Assembly (NCBI GenBank): GCA_051294375.1 | Contig: CM119269.1 | Coordinates: 15,201,918-15,265,917, forward strand | Source of the DNA: Paraspadella gotoi | Taxonomy: Eukaryota; Animalia; Chaetognatha | DNA length: 64,000 bases | Direction of reading: 5' to 3' | Shown here: positions 61,201-64,000 of the stretch, one piece after another | Layout of the letters: each line of letters opens with the position of its first letter | Numbering within the stretch: position 1 is the first letter of the stretch | Translations under genes and position numbers: made by a program | The notes under the pieces: generated by a model | The model's database searches: none | What the model was told of the DNA's origin: nothing | The model's input: the letters and a program-made list of their open reading frames with translations, nothing else

Positions 61201-63959
61201 CCATGTTTAAAACCAAGGCTTACGAATTAAGGAGCAGAGCGAGAAGATATATAATATATATTATCTAATTGTAATGCTATGTAATGGGTATCGAACCAAA
61301 GAAACCACAAAAACTGAAAGTTCGAACCCTCATTATCACACACATTTACAGACAATTTTCAATTTTCAAGCGACTTCCCCATCTGCTCCTCGTGATTATC
61401 GAACTAAGCTTTAAAGAAAAAAACCCAAAACCGTGAAAACGTGCAGCTCAAAACGTGAGGTCAAAATCAGGAGGAAAAAGGTGAGAAGAAGGGCGGCGGA
61501 AAAAAAGAGGCGGGGAAGAGTAGGGGGCAAAAGGGCAATGGAATACTTAACTTTGTCCTTTCAAGAATTGATTTAGACCCGAAGAAAGAATTCTCAATTA
61601 CTTCTCTTTCAACTAGCACAATAATGAATACATACATACAAATCTTTTCCAATTTTAAGTATTCAAGGTAGAAAAGCGAAAATTCCTACAGTATTAAATC
61701 TGTAAATTTAATTTTGTCTTTTGATAGTACAGTAAGATTTTTATTAAAATATAGGCTGAGATTGGAAGGAGGGACTGAGGCGGTACGACTTCAGCGGAGC
61801 GGGCTAGATTATCTCGTCTCAACCGTGCTTCATGTTTAATTCCTGGGTATCCCGGTTCTGGAATTAATGTGACGGGACCTGTTTAAACATGCCAGTCTCA
61901 GGAGTCGGCCACTGAGGGTGCACACTGCACAGTATCTAAGCCAGTTGGCGAGATAGCCCGCGCCACTGGTATCACAGGCGATCGCCCCACCATTGTCAAA
62001 GGTCATAAGACTTTTTATGACGTCGGATGACTCATTTATGTCAAGGATACTAGGACTCTTTAATTCTCATCAGGTTTTTTCAAATGAAGAAAAAAACGGT
62101 GTTTCCCAAAATAAACAAAACGAAACTGAAGTACTACCGGGCGAAAACGTCATGCAAACTAAAAAAACCCAAAACGCAAGCAAAAAAATTAAAAAATTAA
62201 AACCAAAAAGCGATATATTAAAATAAAATGGTATGGTATTAGCGCACACGCACAAAACATGCGGTTGAGGTGCCAGGCAACGAGGAGAACGAAAAAAGGA
62301 AAGGAGGCGGCCTACCGGGCAAAAGAGCTTCGCCGGCGAACTTGTGCCTCGTATGGCGATCGCCGCTCGACGACGACGAAGGTTCTCGGTATTCCGAGAA
62401 ATACGAGAACCAGTCGCCGCCAGAGTCCTCGTGGAGAGAGCGGTGGAGCCGTTGCGGGGTAGGGGCGACGTCGGCCCACGGGGGTCGATCGTCGGAGCCG
62501 GAGGCCACACCGGCCGCCGGCGCCGTCGTCACCGGGTCGGCGGCGGACGTCGAGTGAGAAGGCAGGTTAAAGGAGGTCGTGTAGTCAGTAGGAGAAGCCG
62601 AGGTGTCGAAAGGAGGCCGAGATCGTTGCAGAGAGGAATCTCGCTGCCGCGATCTGTGGGAAAAAGAGGGCGCCGACGACGTCATGGCCGCCGAGGGTCG
62701 CGACGACGGAGCCGGAGGTGGCGCCGTCGCCGGAGTAGGAAGCGGGGACGAACTCCACGGACCGCCGGCCGCGAAAGCCGTCTCTTTCACCGAATCGCAC
62801 GCACGCGAGGTCGCGTGAGGGGCCGCAGAGGCGGCGGGACCGCCCGAAGGAGCGGAAGGGGCAGCTCCGTCGCCGCCGGCGGTGCGATCATGAAGAGTTT
62901 CGATGCTGAAAACTTTGGAGAAGTCGATGTTGCGAGGAGACGAAGATCCGAAAGCGAAGGCTCCCGGGGTACTTCGTCGATTGTCCCTGATATAAAAAGA
63001 TTTCCCTTTTTAATTATGTACATTGTATAGTATCGACCCTGATGACCTTTCTGGGAAAAAAAGGGTATCTCTCAAAGAGTCAATCACCAAAAAACCTCAC
63101 CGGTTGGCTATTGATGCGCTTAGAGGGCGCGGGGTGACGCCGGCGGCATCCATGTTAGTCGCCATCGAACGTCGTCCGGCACCCGAAGCAAGACCGCCAC
63201 TGTTGGAAGTAACGATACCCGCCGCCGGCTTTTCCTTTAAACATATGAAATTGGTACAACCAATATAAAAATTATCCATTCATTTAATAAATTATATTAC
63301 TTAGTATAAATAAAATAACATTGAGAAAATTAAAATCTTTTCTTACAGTTTTCTACTAATGAGAAGAGTTTAAAATTATTTATATGAATATTAAATAAAT
63401 ATAATTGACAAGTGATCAATTGATCATGCAAAAATCAAATCATGGTGATAATGATTATTCACGATTAATTAAACTGTTGAGGTGTCTTCTCATTCATAAA
63501 ACATTGGATTTACTATTTCAGTCCTCTGAATGAACACGAATAGAAACTTAGTAAAACTTAGAAACAAATCCACATATTCACTATATAAACATTTCCGAGA
63601 AGAATGTAATATTTTAAGATATGTAAACTATGTGTCGAATACTTTTTTTAACATGGTCATGTTTTCAAAACTAAATAAACCTATCTTACCGCCTCGTCGC
63701 TAGAAAAACTGCATTCAAGAGAATCCCCGTCAATGGCCGTTTGGAGATTAGGGTGAGTAGGTTTATCCATGGAGCCGTGACGCGGACTGTTCGTTGTAGA
63801 TCCAGGCAGCGAGAGACTTTTCTGTTTTACATGCCAACAACCATACCCATTTAATTTCCCTTTATTTCGACAAGAAAATCGAAGAGATGTGCAAACCTGA
63901 GCTTCTGTCTGAGGAGTATGAGAATCAGCGATCAAACTCTCCATGTCGACGAAGAAAGG
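31232..63959 (-). CDS. MAP7/ensconsin-family microtubule-associated protein, 5' end probably outside the window, with a giant penultimate exon
   Basis: Phase-consistent exon chain: 63897-63959, 63690-63821, 63101-63234, 62316-62986 (FAFGSSSPR), 59047-59271, 57128-57496, 54604-54738 (VDRLSQPR), 53466-53545, 52595-53342 (P/K-rich), 48199-48618, 47292-47471, 46625-46838, 46134-46255, 45624-45847, 45404-45557, 45190-45302 (FKSPLLQKL), 44948 or 44978-45089, 42619-42727, 32372 or 42233-42363, 31232-31242 (DLL stop). Family call from motif recall, not an HMM search. Confidence 0.75.
32372..42363 (-). CDS. Giant exon (9992 nt, about 3330 codons): E/K/V/A-rich repeats followed by an S/P-rich disordered tail; frameshifts within the repeats
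   Basis: Acceptor ttttag at 42364 (phase 2, matching the upstream exon) and donor TCAG|GTACTA at 32372/32371. ORFs 38139-42314 and 32358-36875 are in the same frame. No intron-like AT-rich or TE sequence over 10 kb. Frame breaks cluster at about 36490-38500 and 40290-40780. Confidence 0.75.
36240..38850 (-). repeat. About 33-bp coding minisatellite (K[EQ]AAVVKKEEEE)n
   Basis: The unit cttcttgacaaccgcagcctccttttcctcttc recurs dozens of times, with single-base indels. Confidence 0.95.
39795..40600 (-). repeat. 21-bp coding minisatellite (EASVVDK)n
   Basis: Unit gaagcttccttgtccacgaca is nearly perfect over about 39800-40140 and more degenerate out to about 41100, with 27-bp variants (EEKASVVEK). 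Confidence 0.95.
43606..44684 (-). mobile_element. 5'-truncated Penelope-like retroelement with inverted pseudo-LTRs, tail and 13-bp TSD
   Basis: About 200-bp inverted repeats at 43607-43814 and 44441-44649. About 35 bp of unpaired tail at 44650-44684. TSD atatttaataact at 43593-43605 and 44685-44697. It interrupts a HINE-like repeat whose uninterrupted copy is seen near 15655. Confidence 0.9.
43792..44440 (-). CDS. Penelope linker plus GIY-YIG endonuclease domain (fragment, no RT)
   Basis: Open frame ...TLPYLPGITQQLQRAFKKAG...GIYSFRCSC...YIGETCRSFETRTAEHKR...SGLTQH...EALWI...LNEDKG, typical of the PLE endonuclease. Confidence 0.9.
45624..46838 (-). CDS. Exons encoding the MAP7 domain (E/R/K helix, kinesin-1-binding region)
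   Basis: Three GT-AG exons encode AEEAKRRMNEKRREEREKREREAE...EEERLKRAIAE...AEERDKRKQRLEEIMRRTRR, matching the MAP7-domain hallmark ERKKRLEEIMKRTR. Confidence 0.85.
48697..48965. repeat. Intronic 17-bp purine-rich minisatellite (ggaaagaagatgggaga)n
   Basis: More than 10 tandem copies. On the transcribed minus strand it forms a long polypyrimidine tract upstream of exon 48199-48618. Confidence 0.9.
49515..50125 (-). repeat. Family D copy in a MAP7 intron
   Basis: ccattttttggcccctacctttttctg...catgcactttcctcacc is the reverse complement of about 23148-23199. Similarity extends about 600 bp. Confidence 0.8.
52201..52411 (+). mobile_element. Family C short interspersed repeat with (TACAA)n tail
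   Basis: gtgaataaacgagactg...ttgtaagagtgatgg...aaatgaatggataatttt...ggttgtacc, flanked by cccgaaatata. Other copies at about 760-950, 7335-7512, 8570-8685 (partial) and 63247-63290 (minus, partial). Confidence 0.7.
53813..54084. repeat. Small palindromic MITE-like element
   Basis: Outer IR gaagagttgcagc/gctgcaactcttc and inner IR aaaaatgtaatagagagacatttt/aaaatgtctctctattacattttt. Confidence 0.65.
59841..60020 (-). mobile_element. Family B copy
   Basis: gcagccatggaacgggtcctgggcttggaacca...gggattgaacccagtacctagtgg...gggtcacgactgaa is the reverse complement of parts of 4646-4870. Confidence 0.75.
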
Positions 63960-64000
63960 CTACCACAAATCGCCAAAACTTCTTCCCATGGCGCTTTGTT

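Overview
AT-rich, intron-containing animal (invertebrate-type) genomic DNA with GC/CpG-richer exons and many repeats; it is not prokaryotic. Three minus-strand multi-exon genes could be rebuilt by hand with consistent intron phases: (1) a secreted fibrinogen-domain (FReD) protein at 2580-4427; (2) a complete 13-exon SLC7 L-type amino-acid transporter light chain at 8794-19272 (477 aa); (3) a 5'-incomplete MAP7/ensconsin-family gene at 31232 to at least 63959. The MAP7 gene has an approximately 10-kb penultimate exon of E/K/V/A-rich repeats. Two near-identical phase-1 donors 9861 nt apart appear to switch between a normal isoform and a giant isoform about 3300 aa longer, both ending in DLL. Other points of interest: a probable non-canonical GA-AG intron and loss of both P-subdomain cysteines in the FReD gene; an altered TM6 motif in the SLC7 protein; two Penelope-type insertions with inverted pseudo-LTR, tail and TSD, one with a hammerhead core and one with a hammerhead-shaped degenerate fold; a 3-nt microexon or recursive-splice candidate; and nested Helentron/DINE-like, MITE and SINE repeats. 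All gene models are manual inferences with no RNA or database support. The frameshifts in the giant exon may be assembly errors.
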